Origin: Octopus sinensis
Lineage: Eukaryota
Length of the DNA stretch: 64,000 nt
Direction: 5' to 3'
NCBI RefSeq assembly: GCF_006345805.1
Contig: NC_043014.1
Coordinates: 372,001 to 436,000 of the forward strand
Shown here: positions 26,430 to 39,620 of the stretch, one piece after another
Numbering within the stretch: the first letter of the stretch is position 1
Layout: each line of letters starts with the position of its first letter
Made by a program: the position numbers and the translations under genes
The notes under the pieces: model-generated
Seen by the model: only the letters and a program-made list of their open reading frames with translations
Told to the model about the DNA's origin: nothing
Databases searched by the model: none

Positions 26430-26650
26430 AAGTCATCCATCAATATATAGTTTCCTCAAAGCCCACTGAACATGGGACCTTGTCAAATGCTTTCTCCAAG
26501 TCAACAAAAGTTAGAAATAATGGTTTATTCTCAGCCAAATAGTTCTCCTGCAGTTGGCTCATCAGGAGAATTGCATCTGTGGCACTTCTGAGGACAAAGC
26601 CAAACTGCATCTTACCCAGGTCTAGTCTATCATGGATCAATTGAGCCATG
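26430..26650 (-). mobile_element. RTE LINE RT fragment
   Basis: MQFGFVLRSATDAIL...FVDLEKAFDKVP. Confidence 0.75.
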
Positions 26651-26769
26651 ACTTTCTCCCAATTGATATGAACTCTATAAAAACTATTGAGTGATTCTTC
26701 AGTTCAATATTAAATTGTTTTTATGATACCTCAGCATATAATCAAACACACACATATATATCATCATAT

Positions 26770-26811
<42 letters not shown>

Positions 26812-27799
26812 CAACAATAATTATAATGATAGAGGAGGCTGGTACATCTTCAAAACTTATTTCCTTTTAATTTATATTTTTATGGCTGTGACGACCTACA
26901 CAGGTTTCCATTGCACAGAGTATGGGTAGATGCAACCAGGCATAATTTTCTGTGCAACTTCATTCAGAGACTTTCAACCAGTTTGGCTCGAAGCAAATTC
27001 AATTCAGTCAGTTGTTTATTGGTTAGGGTTCAGGGTGAAGTGAGGTGAGGTGGGTTTTGAATCCGAAATCTGATCTGTTTGTAAACTTGTGTGGTTGATC
27101 TTGGTTTCACACCAGTTGCTGGCCAAAGTCAGGGTTATATCTAATTAGGTCAGTGGTTATGTTGCTGCTTTGGCAGGCGCCTTTCTGTATTGTAGGAGAT
27201 GGGGACTTTATACTTTCAAGTAGGGTTTTTGTTAGGTATTTTATTTTAGGATGGTTCAGTTCTAGGTTATATTCTTAGTTATTCAGATATTTTTGTGGCT
27301 GTGGTGTTAATTAGAAAGGAAAAGGAATATATATTATGTTGGTTAAGAAAAGGCCATGTATTTGGGGAGTTTGGGACATGGGCTTCTATCCTTTCTTTCC
27401 CACCCATCTGTGGGTCGGATATTGAATTATCTAGAACACACATTAAATTTCTTAAAGGTTTTATGTTTATGTAAGCATCTTCAGGCCTATTCCAGCCTCC
27501 TATTAACTAATTTGTGTCTCAATGTAAAGATTTGGTACAGTTCTTTTATACATAACTCACATCCTTTTTTCCCTTTTTCCATACAGTTTAGCAGCCATGC
27601 TAGTTATCTCCCATTCTGTGGTAAAGCTCTGGTTTTTATCTTTAAATGACCATATTAGTCAGCTTAAGCTTCTGCTGTTCATCTCACTTCTATCTCTAAA
27701 TGAATTTAAATGATTTTCTAGTCTTTTTTTGAAATTTAGTGAGCTGGCTTCTGTACAGAAGTATGATAATATATCCCTCTAAACTAACATTATATATAT

Positions 27800-27861
<62 letters not shown>

Positions 27862-28179
27862 TTTTGCATACTGATAATTTATCAACATATGTTAGAAGCT
27901 AAAAAATTTCAGAAGAGGTGTTTAGTCAATACCACAGACCGCATTATTTTACTGGTACTTTATTTATTGATACCAATGGGATTGAAGGGAAAGGGAACCT
28001 CTGTAGGATTTGAACTCAGAATGTAAAGAGTCACAACAAATATTGCAAAGCCTTTTTTTTCCCAATGCTCTAATAATTCTACTAGTTTGCTGCTTTCACA
28101 AACAATACAAAAAGGTTCTCAACAGCACACTGCATTCATGGATTTTGAAATTGTTTGACATCTTGAAAATTTCTTCTGT

Positions 28180-29733
28180 AATTTCAAACCTCCTGAAGTA
28201 TATGCTATTTTGCAATACAAATCTCCAGTTACATCAATCTACTGAAGAACTGCTTCAAAGAATATTAACATTAACTGAGGCATTTTCAAAGGTGACTCAT
28301 TTCCACCTCAAATCTTTTGCACAGCTCTAATACTCCTTACAAGTGAACTTAACAGAACGGGGCATGGGTATAAAATTGACAATAAGAAAATCAGTCGTCT
28401 ATTTTATATGGATGACTCAAAACTATTGCAAAGACAATAATGAGCTTGAAGGCTTCTTACATACTGTAAAAGCATTCAGTGATGACATCAAAAGAATTCG
28501 AGCAAGAACAAACGTACAAATCCCTAGGAATAAATGGAGACCGACACTCAACATGCAAACATGAAAGAGAAGAGCAGGAAGGAATGTTATGGGAGAGTTC
28601 AAACAGTTCTGAAATCTGAGAAAATGCATATAACAAGGTGTTAGCAATAAATTCCTTAGCAGTTCCAGCTGTTACTTATTGCTACGTGTTGAAGTGGAAT
28701 ATCAGTGAAGTGAAGAAAATTGACAGAAAAATACACAAGCTACTGAGTTGTAATAAGATGCAGCAGCCAAAGGTAAATGTGAATTGTCTTTACCTTCCCA
28801 GAGTAGAAGGAGGTCAAGATTTGATCCAGTCTGAACTCTCTTACTGGCCAAACATCTTGAAAGAGAGGTTAAAACTTGATGAAAATCATGAGAGGTGTAA
28901 GAGGCTTCATTCCATCATGAAGGAGAGCAAAACATTTGCTATTGAGTTCATGCATGATACCCAGGCTGAACAGCCTGAGGGAAGTGTGGCAACTGGTAAG
29001 GAAAAAAGCACAGACAATTGGCTGGTAGTTGGGAGGAGAAACGTCAGCATGGCAAATATGTAGCGTGTTGTAAACAAGCTGATGTTAACCAGAAGCACAC
29101 CCATTAATGGCTATAAAGCTCATGGTTAACAGAAGAGAGCAAAGGTGTCATTGACCCAAAACTACCAAGCCAATGAGATGAAAAATAGAGTAGATCCAAA
29201 ATGCCAATTCTGCAATGATGTGATTGAAACAGCTGACCACCCAAACTATGGATATAAAGTCTTGATCCCAGTGGAGTATAAATCAAGATGAGACAGAGTT
29301 GGCCAGTATCTACACTGGTTAATGTCAGTATTGTAAAACCAAAGCTGCCGACGAGTAGTATAAGCAGCACCCTGAGGCTGTAACTGAGAGAGATAATGTT
29401 AGGTTTCTTTGGGACTTTCCAGTACAAACAGACTGAACAATCAAAGCTGATAAACAGGATATCGTTGTAAAAGACCAAAAGAAAGATTGTTTATTGATCG
29501 ACAAGAGTGTTTATTGTGATCATAATACTTTGGCAAAAGAATTCGATAAGATCAGCAAATATAAAGATATGCCCATTGAAATTGGGAGAATGTGGCATCT
29601 GAAGGCAGTTGCAATAGCAGTGATGGTGGGAGCATTAAGAATGATTAAAAGAGGGACTGAAAATTATCTGACAATGATTCCTGGCTTACCATCCTTGCAA
29701 GAAGTGCAAAAGATTGTTTTGGCTGGTTATTAA
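28180..29733 (+). mobile_element. Degenerate R4/Dong-like non-LTR retrotransposon (RT plus restriction-like endonuclease)
   Basis: GIFKGDS.., YMDD-like, AINSLAVPAV, LYLPRVEGGQDL, a Cys motif, then KYKDM.IEIGRMW...VMVGALRMI...SLQEVQKIVL (RLE C-terminus). Confidence 0.8.
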
Positions 29734-29921
29734 GAAGAGGAAGAAGAGAAGAACAACAGCAACAGTTAAAATTAATAATGGTTTCAAATTTTGGCACAAG
29801 GCCGGCAACTTCAGGGGACAGGGTATGTCGATTGATCCCAGTGTTTAACCATTACTTATTTTATTGACCCCAAAAGAATAAAAAGCAAAGTCAACCTTGG
29901 CAGAATTTGAACTCAGAACTT

Positions 29922-32900
29922 AAAGAAGAAGAAGAAGAAGAAGAAGAAGAAGAAGAAGGAGAAGAAGAAGAAGAAGAAGGAGAAGGAGAAGGAGAAGAAG
30001 GAGAAGGAGAAGAAGAAGAAGAAGAAGGAGAAGGAGAAGAAGAAGAAGAAGGAGAAGGAGAAGAAGAAGAAGGAGAAGGAGAAGAAAAGGAGAAGGAAAG
30101 GAGAAGAAGAAGAAGGAAAGGAGAAGGAGAAGAAGAAGAGAAGGAGAAGAAGAGAAGAAGAAGAAGAAAAAAGAAAGAAGAAAAGAAGAAGAAGAAGAGA
30201 AGAGAAGAAGAAGAAGAAGAAGGAGAAGAAGAAGAAGAAGAAGAAGAAAGAAGAAGAAAAGGAGAAGGAGAAGAAAAGAAGAAGAAGAAAAGAAGAAGAA
30301 GAGAAGGAGAAGGAGAAGAAGAAGAAGGAGAAGGAGAAGAAGAAGAAGGAAAGGAGAAGGAGAAGAAGAAGGAGAAGGAGAAGGAGAAGAAGAAGAAGAA
30401 GAAGAAGAAAAAGAGAAGAAGAAGAAGAAGAAGGAGGAGAAGGAGAAGGAGAAGAAGAAGGAGAAAGAAGAGGAGAAGAAGAAGAAGAAGAAGAAAAGGA
30501 GAAGAAGAAAAGAAGGAGAAGAAGAAGAAGAAGGAGAAGAAGAGAAGAAGAGAAAAAGAAGAAGAAGAAGAAGAAGAAGAGAAGAAGAAGGAGAAGAAGA
30601 AGAAGAAGAGAAGAAAAAGAAGAAGAAGAAGAGAAGAGAAGAAGGAGAAAGAGAAAAAGAAGAAAGAAAGAAGAAGAAGAAGAAGAAGAAGAAAAAGAAG
30701 AAGAAAAGAAGAAGAAAAAGAAGAAGAAGAAAGAAGAAGAAGGAGAAGAAAAGAAGGAGAAGAAGAAGAAGAAGGAGAAGGAGAAGGAGAAGAAGAAGAA
30801 GAAGAAAAAGAGAAGAAAAAGAAGAAGAAAAAGAAGAAGAAAAAGAAAAAGAGAAGAAGAAGAAAAAAAGAAGAAGAAGAAGAAGAAGAAGAAAAAGAAA
30901 AGAAGAAGAAAAAGAAGAAGAAGAGAAAAAGAAGAAGAGAGAAGAAGAAGAAGAAGAAGAAGAAAAAGAAGAAGAAGAAGAAGAAGAAGAAGAGAAAAAG
31001 AGAAGAAGAAGAAAAAGAAAAAGAAAAAGAAAAGAAGAAAGAAGAAGAAGGAGAAGAGAGAAGAAGAAAAGAAGAAAAAGAAAAAGAAGAAGAAGAAGAA
31101 GAGAAAGAAAAGAAGAAGAAGAGAAGAAGGAGAAGAAGAAGGAGAAGGAGAAGGAGAAGAAGAGAAGAAGAAGAAGAGAAAAAGAAGAAGAAGAAGAAGA
31201 AGAAGAAGAGAAGAAGGAGAAGGAGAAGGAGGAAAGAAGAAGAAGAAGAAAGAAGAAAAAGAAAAAGAGAAGGAGAAGGAGAAGGAGAAGGAGAAGAAGA
31301 AGAAAAAGAAAAAGAAAAAAAGAAGAAGAAGAAAGAAGAAGGAGAAGGAGAAGAAGAAGAAGAAGAAGAAGAAAAAAAGAAGAAGAAGAAGAAGAAAAAG
31401 AAGGAGAAGAGAAGAAAAAGAAAAAAAAAAGAAAAAGAAAGAAGAAGAAGAGAAGAAGGAGAAGGAGAAGAAGAAGAAGAAGGAGAAGGAGAAGAAGAAG
31501 AAGAAGAAGAAAAAGAAAAAGAAGAAGAAGAAGAAGAAAGAAAAAGAAGAGAAGAAGAAGAAGAAGAAGAAGGAGAAGAAGAAGGAGAAGGAGAAGGAGA
31601 AGAAGGAGAAGAAGAAGAAAAAGAAAAAAAGAGAAGAAGAAGAAGAAGAAGAAGAAGAAGAAAAAGAGAAGAGAAGAAGGAGAAGGAGAAGAAGAGAAGA
31701 AGAAAAAGAAAAAGAAAAGAAGAAGGAGAAGGAGAAGGAGAAGGAGGAGAAGAAGAAAAAGAAAAAGAAAAAGAAGAAGAAGGAGAAGGAGAAGGAGAAG
31801 GAGAAGAAGAAGAAGAAGAGAAAAAGAAAAAGAAGAAGAAGAAAGAAAGAAGAAGAAAAGAAGAAGAAGAGAAGAAAGGAGAAAGAAGAAGAAGAGAAGA
31901 AGAAAAAGAAAAAAGAAGAGAAGAAGAAGGAAGAAGGAGAAGGAGGAAGAAGAAGAAAAAGAAAAAAAGAAGAGAAGAAGAAGAAGAAGGAAAGAAGAAG
32001 GAGAAGAGAAGAGAAGAAAGAAAAAGAAAAGAAGAAAAAGAAGAAGAAGAAGAAGAAGAGAAGAAGAAAAGGAGAAGGAGGAGAAGAAGAAGAAGAAGAA
32101 GAAGAAAGAAAAGAAGAAGGAGAAGGAGAAGGAGAAGGAGGAGAAGAAGAAGAAGAAGAAAAAAAAGAAAAAGAAAAAGAAAAAGAAAAAGAAAAAGAAG
32201 AAGAAGAAGAAGGAGAAGGAGGAGGAGAAGAAAGAAGAAGAAGAAGGAGAAGGAGAAGAAGAAGAAGAAGGAGAAGGAGAAGGAGAAGGAGAAGAAGAAG
32301 AAGGAGAAGGAGAAGGAGGAGAAGAAGAAGAAGAAGAAGGAGAAGGAGAAGGAGGAGAAGAAGAAGAAGAAGAAGAAGAAGAAGAAGGAGGAGAAGAAGA
32401 AGAAGAAGAAGAGAAGGAGAAGAAGAAGGAGGAGAAGAAGAGAAGAAGAAGAAGAAGAAGAGAAGGAGAAGGAAGGAGAAGGAGGAGAAGAAAGAAAGAA
32501 GAAGAAGAAGGAGAAGGAGAAGAAGAAGAAGGAGAAGGAGAAGGAAGAAGAAGGAGAAGAGAAGAAGAGAAGAAGAAGGAGAAGGAGAAGAAGAGAAGAA
32601 GGAGAAGGAGAAGAAGAAGAAGAGAAGGAGAAGAAAAAGAGAAGGAGAAGGAGAAGAGAAGAAGGAGAAGGAAAGGAGAAAAAAGGAGAAGGAGAAGAAA
32701 GAAGAGAAGAAGAAGAAAAAGAAGAAGAAGAAGAAGAAGAAGGAGAAGGAGAAGAAGAGAGAAGAAGGAGAAGAAGAAGAAGAAAAGAAGGAGAAGAAGA
32801 AGAAGAAGAAGAAGGAGAAGGAGAAGAGAAGAAGAAGAAGAAAAAGAAGAAGAAGAAGAAGAAGGAAGAAGAAGAAGAGAAGGAGAAGAAGAAGAAGAGA

Positions 32901-34675
32901 AGGAGAAGGAGAAGAAGAAGGAGAAGGAGAAGGAGAAGAAGAAGAAGAGAAGAAGAAAAGAAGAAGAAGAAGAAGAAGAAGGAGGAGAAGAGAAGGAGAA
33001 GAAGAAGAGAAGAAAAGAAAGAAGAAGAAGAAGAAAAGAAGGAGAAGAAAAAGAAGAGAGAAGAAGAAGAAGAAGGAGAAGGAGAAGAAGAAGAAGAAAA
33101 GAAGAAGAAGAAGAAGAAGAAGAAGAAAGAAGAGAAGAAGAAGAAGAAAAAGAAGAAGAAGAAGAGAAGAAGAAGAAGGAGAAGGAGAAGAAGAAAAGAA
33201 GAAGAAAGAAAAGAAGAAGAAGAAGAAGAAAAAGAAGAAGAAAGAAGAAGAAAAAGAAGAAGAAAAGAAGAAGAAGAGGAGAAGAAAAGAAGGAGAAGGA
33301 AGAAGAAGAGAGAAGAGAAGAAGAAGAAGAAGAAGAAGAAAAAGAAGAAGAAAAAGAGAAGAAAAAGAAGAAGAAAAAGAAGAAGAAGAAGAAAAGAAGA
33401 AAAAGAAGAAAAGAAGAAGAGAAGAAAAAAAAGAAGAAGAAAAAAAGAAGAAGAAGAAGAAGAAGAAGGAGAAGGAAAGAGAAGAAGAAGAAGAAGAAAA
33501 AGAAGAAGAAAGAAGAAGAAGAAGAAAGAAGAGAAGAAGAAGAAAAAAAAAAGAAAAAGAAGAAGAAGAAGAGAGAAGAAGGAGAAAAAAGAAGAAGAAG
33601 GAGAGGAGAAGAAGAAGAAGAAGAAGAAAAGAAAGAAGAAGAAGAAGAAGAAGAAAAAAGAAGAGAAGAAGAAGAAGAAGAAAGAGAAGAGAAGGAGAAG
33701 GAGAAGGAGAAGAAGGAGAAGAAGAAGAAGAAGAAAAAGAAGAAGAAGAAGAAGAAGAAGAAGAAGAAGAAGGAGAAGGAGAAGGAGGAGAGAAGAAGAA
33801 GAAGAAGAAGAAAAAGAAAAAGAAGAAGGAGAAGGAGAAGGAGAAGGAGGAGAAGAAGAAGAAAAAGAAAAAGAAAAAGAAGAAGAAGGAGAAGGAGAAG
33901 GAGAAGGAGAAGAAGAAGAAGAAGAAGAAAGAAGAAGAAGAAGAAGAAGAAGAAGAAGAAGAAGGAGAAGGAGAAGGAGGAGAAGAAGAAGAAGAAGAAG
34001 AAGAAAAAGAAAAAGAAGAAGGAGAAGGAGAAGGAGAAGGAGGAGAAGAAGAAAAAAGAAAAAGAAAAAGAAGAAGAAGAAGAAGAAAGAGAAGAGAAGG
34101 AGGAGAAGAAAAGAAGAAGAAGAAGAAAAAGAGAAGAAGAAGAAGAAGAAGAAGAAGAAGAAGGAAGGAGAAGGAGGAGAAGAAAAGAAGAAGAAAGAAG
34201 AAAGAAAAGAAGAAGAGAAGGAGAAGGAAGAAGGAGAAGAAAAGAAGAAGAAGAAAAAAAAGAAAAGAAAAAGAAAAAGAAAGAAAAGAAGAAGAAGAAG
34301 AAGGAGAAGGAGGAGGAGAAGAGAAGAAGAAGAGAAGGAGAAGGAGAAGAAGAAGAAGAAGGAGAAGGAAGAAGGAGAAGGAGAAGAAGAAGAAGGAGAA
34401 GGAGAAGGAGAGAAGAAGAAGAAGAAGAAGGAGAAGGAGAAGGAGGAGAAGAAGAAGAAGAAGAAGAAGAAGAAGAAGGAGAAGGAGAAGGAGGAGAAGA
34501 AGAAGAAGAAGAAGGAGAAGAAGAAGGAGAAGGAGAAGGAGGAGAAGAAGAAGAAGAAGAAGAAGGAGAAGGAGAAGGAGAAGAAAGAAGAAGAAGAAGA
34601 AGAAGAAGAAGAAGAAGAAGAAGAAGAAGAAGAAGAAGAGAAGAAGAAGAAGAAGAAGAAGAGAGAGAGAGAAGG
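29922..34675 (+). repeat. 4.75 kb polypurine (GAA/GGA/GAG/AAA) low-complexity tract
   Basis: No pyrimidine seen on the + strand between t29921 and t34676. The ORF-track translation consists only of E, K, R and G. Confidence 0.97.
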
Positions 34676-34895
34676 TCAACAAATATGGAGAGATGAGAAT
34701 TGAGATCAGCAAGACGTGGTTAGGGTAGAAGAGTCAAACAGAAAGGTTGTTCTGGTTGTCATTGGAGCATTGGGTTCAATTCCACCCCACCTTAAGAAAT
34801 ACCCAGACACTTTAGAAATACCCTTTAATCCTGATATGTTGCAGAAATTGGCTTAAGTTGGAATTGCATGCAGACTGCGTTTGGAACTGTGTGAG
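34665..34895 (+). mobile_element. Second R4/Dong-like RLE 3' fragment
   Basis: EKVNKYGEMRIEISKTW...VVLVVIGALGSIPPHLKKY...LQK motif directly abutting the purine tract. Confidence 0.7.
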
Positions 34896-36625
34896 GTCTT
34901 TGCTGTGACTTGACAGGCAGCACAAATCACCAGCACAACCAATATCTTCAGTCTACATCACCACAATAATGGATACTGTGTGATGTCTTCAGTAATAATA
35001 ATTATGTGGAGGAAGAAGAGAAGGACAACAACAACTACAATAACAATTAAAATTAATCGAACAACATTTAACGAGTGATGTTGCAATGAAAGAACTGACA
35101 TACCTTCACGGAAACATTTTCTTCGACCGGAGAACTTCCAACTAGGTTGGACATTTCAGCAGCAGGAACTCGGAGACATGCCCCTGATAAAGCTGTGAGG
35201 ATGAGACAATAATTTATCCAGTTTTAATCACAACTGATTCTGACCAGGAAAGAAAAATGAATTTTGGATAAAGTCTACAAGCATCTGTTATGGTTAGAGG
35301 CAGAAGGAAGTTTGTTATATAGTTCTAGGGTTAGTGGGTTATTATATAGAATCACAAGCACAAAATATGCCAGGTGTATCACATCACCTGGTTTAAGGAC
35401 CACCACTATTCCTTAAATGCCTTGAGTGAAGTTCATACTCTTCTGTTCTCAACATTGAAACCAGGTCTGTTCCAGGTTTTCTTGGAAACATCGAGGCTGG
35501 CTGTTGTTCACATTCTTCTTCTTAAGAGTCTTGGAGAAATGGTCAACGACACAAACACTGCTGTTCATCTCTTTGTAATTTAAAACTGAATCTTATCAGC
35601 ACATTCTGTTTGTAAACAGGTGCCACAGGGAGGCACAGTTCCTCATTGAAAGCAGTGGCACCATCATAAAACTGATTTGTGTTTTGATTGGCTTTTGGTG
35701 CAATGTTTAAATGTTTATGTTGGAGGAGGTCAAGCTGTTGCTATAACAACCACAGCCCCATTAAAATATACACGAGTGCCCTTGGGAACACAAAAGAAAA
35801 TGCTGAAGTCAGGAGACTTATGACGATGTCATATTTTCAAATTGATTTCTAATAAATGTATTTTTGGTGAAAGAAATCAATGAATTATGGCAAACCCCAG
35901 TACATCACTGGTATTTACTCTATTGACACACATCCCAAGAAGCCAAGTCAATGATGGCAGGTTCTGAAATCAAAATATGAAGATATCTAAGCATTTTCTC
36001 TCTTCTACAAACACTGCAAATCCAAAATGATTTTGTTCATCACTCTACATGACAAACTTATTCAAATATAAACACTGTCATTTGGGGCTGACAACCAATG
36101 TGGGGCTGTCTGACAGCTGCTGATACAATGGGGCTGTTAGTATCCAGCATAGGAGAACACTAACAACGGTCAAACTTGTCCAAGAGGCATGCAGTAGAAC
36201 CATACCACTCTGCTATCATTCAGAGTCTATGCAACATGTCAGCTTGTGTTAAATAATTGCTGTCGTACGTGGGGGATGGAACTGGTTGTGCACTGAGTCA
36301 TGAACATCATTTAACGCCTATTTTCAATGCTGGCATGGGTTGGACGGTTCGACAGAAGCTGACCAGCTGTTCAGGCTCCATTTGTTTGTTTTGGCATGGT
36401 TTCTATGGCTGGATGCCTTTCTTTATGCCAACCACTTCACTGGGTGGTGCTTTTACACAGCACTGGCATGGCACCAGTGCTCACGAGCCCACAAGATTAG
36501 GAATACTCAGCCGGAGAGGATGAGCCTGGATGCAAGGACAACCAATGCTTTCACTGAGCTTGACATATCTCGAGAGAATTGATGTTCCTTTGTCAATGAA
36601 AGGTGCTGAGCCTCCCCCTGTCTAC

Positions 36626-36699
36626 CTGCTGTGGTAAAACACCTTCTGGTGAACTCTTCTGAAATGTTTGAAGACAACATTTTCTTCTGTGGCCAACTT
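36626..36699 (-). CDS. RBCK1: Candidate RBCK1 linker exon (phase 1 to 0) preceding the NZF
   Basis: ccttccttttaaag|AA ... CAG|GTAGAC, 74 nt. Supplies the phase change needed between the UBL (ends phase 1) and NZF (starts phase 0) exons. Encodes VGHRRKCCLQTFQKSSPEGVLPQQ, whose end resembles the human pre-NZF linker. Confidence 0.5.
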
Positions 36700-39479
36700 C
36701 TTTAAAAGGAAGGTGGGTGAGTGTGGCTAGAATGCTGATGTTGAATAGCCCTAAGAGAAAAGTTACTAACAGGGGTCACTTTTAATGCCTCAGAGTAACC
36801 CAAACCTTTGTGGAGGAGCACCCTAGCCCCACCCCTAAATTACCCTCACTTACCACTTCTTATACTGGGGATCTTTTCTTGTTGAAATTTTGTTTTATCT
36901 TTTGCTTTTCACTTGTTGTTTTTTTACTCAATGTTAAATACATCTTTGTGAGTTGTATTTCATCCTTGAATTGTCCTCAATGTTTTGGGCCCTTGTGGCC
37001 AATAAAAGAAATTATTATTAAGATTCTTATTGTTATTACTGAGAGTGTGGTGAGTAAGAATTCATTCCCATTTGCTTCAATCTAGAAATCAAAGGAAATG
37101 ACTACCGTTCCCTTCAAACTTTGCTTTTGTGACTTGGACATCAATGTTTTGAACCTGACACCTATTTTCCATTATATTTCAGACAGATTCAGTGCCAAGT
37201 TGCTCAAACAGAGATATCAATACGGCCAATATTGTGCTCAATCCCATACATTGGCTTGACTATAATCACTAGAGCATGTCTCTTAGTGGCTGACAATATG
37301 TGCATTTCTGATCATAAGCAAGAACAGGGAGGGAGCATCAAAGCCATGTATAGAGACAGATTCTTTAGGGTTTCAATATATGTAACAAAAACAAACTTTG
37401 AAGGAAATATTAGCCCCTTTTCATACTTTGTAGGGATAAGCAAACAAGAAATAACAGTTGCGACCCAAGGACAGAAATTGTGTTACACAGGGTAATTTAC
37501 AAGTGAAGTAGTGAGAGGGGGGGGGGGTGAGTGGGACTGGCTCTTCCCCCCCTCACAACTTCAGGTCTTGCACCAGTTGTGCCTGGAACAATTCATGGTT
37601 GTCAGTGTTGTTGTTCTTGTTGTTAATGTTACAATGGCACAGACAGTCATCCTTAATATGGAGAACAGTGACACTTTCTGGAAGGTGTTGTTGCTGTTGT
37701 TGCTGAACAATTTCTGACTCTGCAGGAAGATTCCAAAAATGAATGCATTTGTGTCGTTGCTTTGATTCCTGCTGTTCAATGTTTTTGTTTGTTTGGCAGA
37801 CATCAGCAAATAATTTGTAGACTGACTTCTATAAACAAGAACTATAATTCTTGTTTAGAGTCATTGACCCAGGGGTAGCTTTGACTGAAGAGACACAACC
37901 AGGCTGAAACACCACCGTGTCTTGAAGCCCCTTTACCTCAGTGAATCATGTCTGTTGTGAATACGCATCTGAAAGGAGAAGTTCTTCTCCAACGCAACAA
38001 TTATTAGCATATTTGAATCTGCTGGAAGATAAATATTTACATCATTATTTTGATTTTCTTCATGAATGAGATGTTTTATTATTATTGATGTTGTTGTCAT
38101 TATTATTATTGATAATATGGTGAGCTGGAAGAATGTCCTTCTCTACATTCTGAGTTCAAATTCCACCAAGATTGATTCTACCTTCTTTTGGAGAGTAGTA
38201 GTATTAGTAGTAGAAGTAGTAGTATTAGCAGCAGCAGTCAAGTACAGGGGTCGATGTCATCGACTGTTCTTCTCGCCAAAATTTTGAGTTTGCACCAATA
38301 CAAAAAAGGATTATTATTATTGTTATTATTCACAGGTGAACTCACAAGATGCCTTTCTTGGTTGTTTGTGAAAGCTAAATAAGTTTAAATATTGTACCAT
38401 CCCCAAAGTGAACAAACAGTTTTTCATTTGAATTAAACAATCCTGAGCAAATCTGATGAGGAAGAAGAGCTGTTTCATCATTTGATTTTCTCTTTGGATA
38501 TTTGAAAAGAATGCTGTCTGCAACAACAAGAATATTCATTGGTAAAAAATAAGAAGTACTGTAAAAGCAGGCAACAAAATCGAAAAACTTGCATTTTCTC
38601 TCGGTTAAGTTTCCGGGGGGTGAGGATGAAGCACTTAATCATGCCATACACTTGTGCCACAGCACACGGGGAAATGAAGTACAAAAGTTAAGTTTGAGGA
38701 TGCTGGGGACAAGGGTGACGTTTAGCTCAGAATGCGTAGGTAGGGAGTGGGGGCGGGGAGAGCTGATGAAGAATGAGATGTGGTTGTGTAGCATCACAAT
38801 GAACATGCAAATCTTTAAGGTTTCTGAAGACCTCAAGACCATCCCAGACTATTCCCAGTTGTGTGTGTGCAAAAGGTGATGATACTAATAGCAATGTAGG
38901 GCAGAAAACTCACTTGCTACACATGTGGTAGCAAAAACTACTTGATGGCTTTCATGCCTGCAACAGCACCAAAGACAAAACAACTGAAGAATTGACAAGT
39001 TTCAGAAAAGGTTGCTATTCTCAAAACACTTGTGGTCAAGGGAAACTCTCCGCTCTTTGTCCAGGCTATGTGTCCACACCAACAGTAGTGTTCCCCAGTT
39101 CTTAAAATCTTGTCCAAGGTTTTGGTCCCACTGCACACAACTTTCTAAATCCACAAATTAACATTCATCATATTTGGTGCTTTCAAACCCTTGTTGCTAA
39201 TAAACAAATTATTATTATTGTTATCTTTAATGTAATTTTTTTTAGTTGTTATTACTGTAGTTTTTTAAATTTTTATTATTACTATTATATGGAAACTCTC
39301 AGCTTATTTTGCCGAGTATGATGGAAAGGGGGTCAGCTGTCCACAGCCAACAGACTAAGGGGACATTTGTTTACCGGTCATGCTTCAAGAATTCTGGCAG
39401 TTCCAAGCAATGCTAATTTTTGTAGGTATTCTACATTCACACTTGCAGCACCAATCTTTTTCAGCCCAGCCATTATTAT

Positions 39480-39538
39480 TATTAGTAGTAGTAGCAGCAG
39501 CAGTAGTAGTATTAGTAGTAGAAGTAGTAGTATTAGTA

Positions 39539-39569
<31 letters not shown>

Positions 39570-39620
39570 AAGTAGTAGTAGTAGAAGTAGTAGTAGAAGT
39601 AGTAGTATTAGTAGCAGCAG
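39480..39620 (+). repeat. (AGT)n-type trinucleotide microsatellite
   Basis: Directly visible; source of the poly-S/V/T ORFs. Confidence 0.95.

Noticed and set aside
29907-34712. 1598-aa and 1599-aa ORFs (superficially like RPGR ORF15 Glu/Gly repeats)
   Set aside because: A purine-only strand cannot contain a stop codon and neither can its pyrimidine-only complement, so all frames are open by construction. The listed starts are TTG/alternative codons and no splice context was found.
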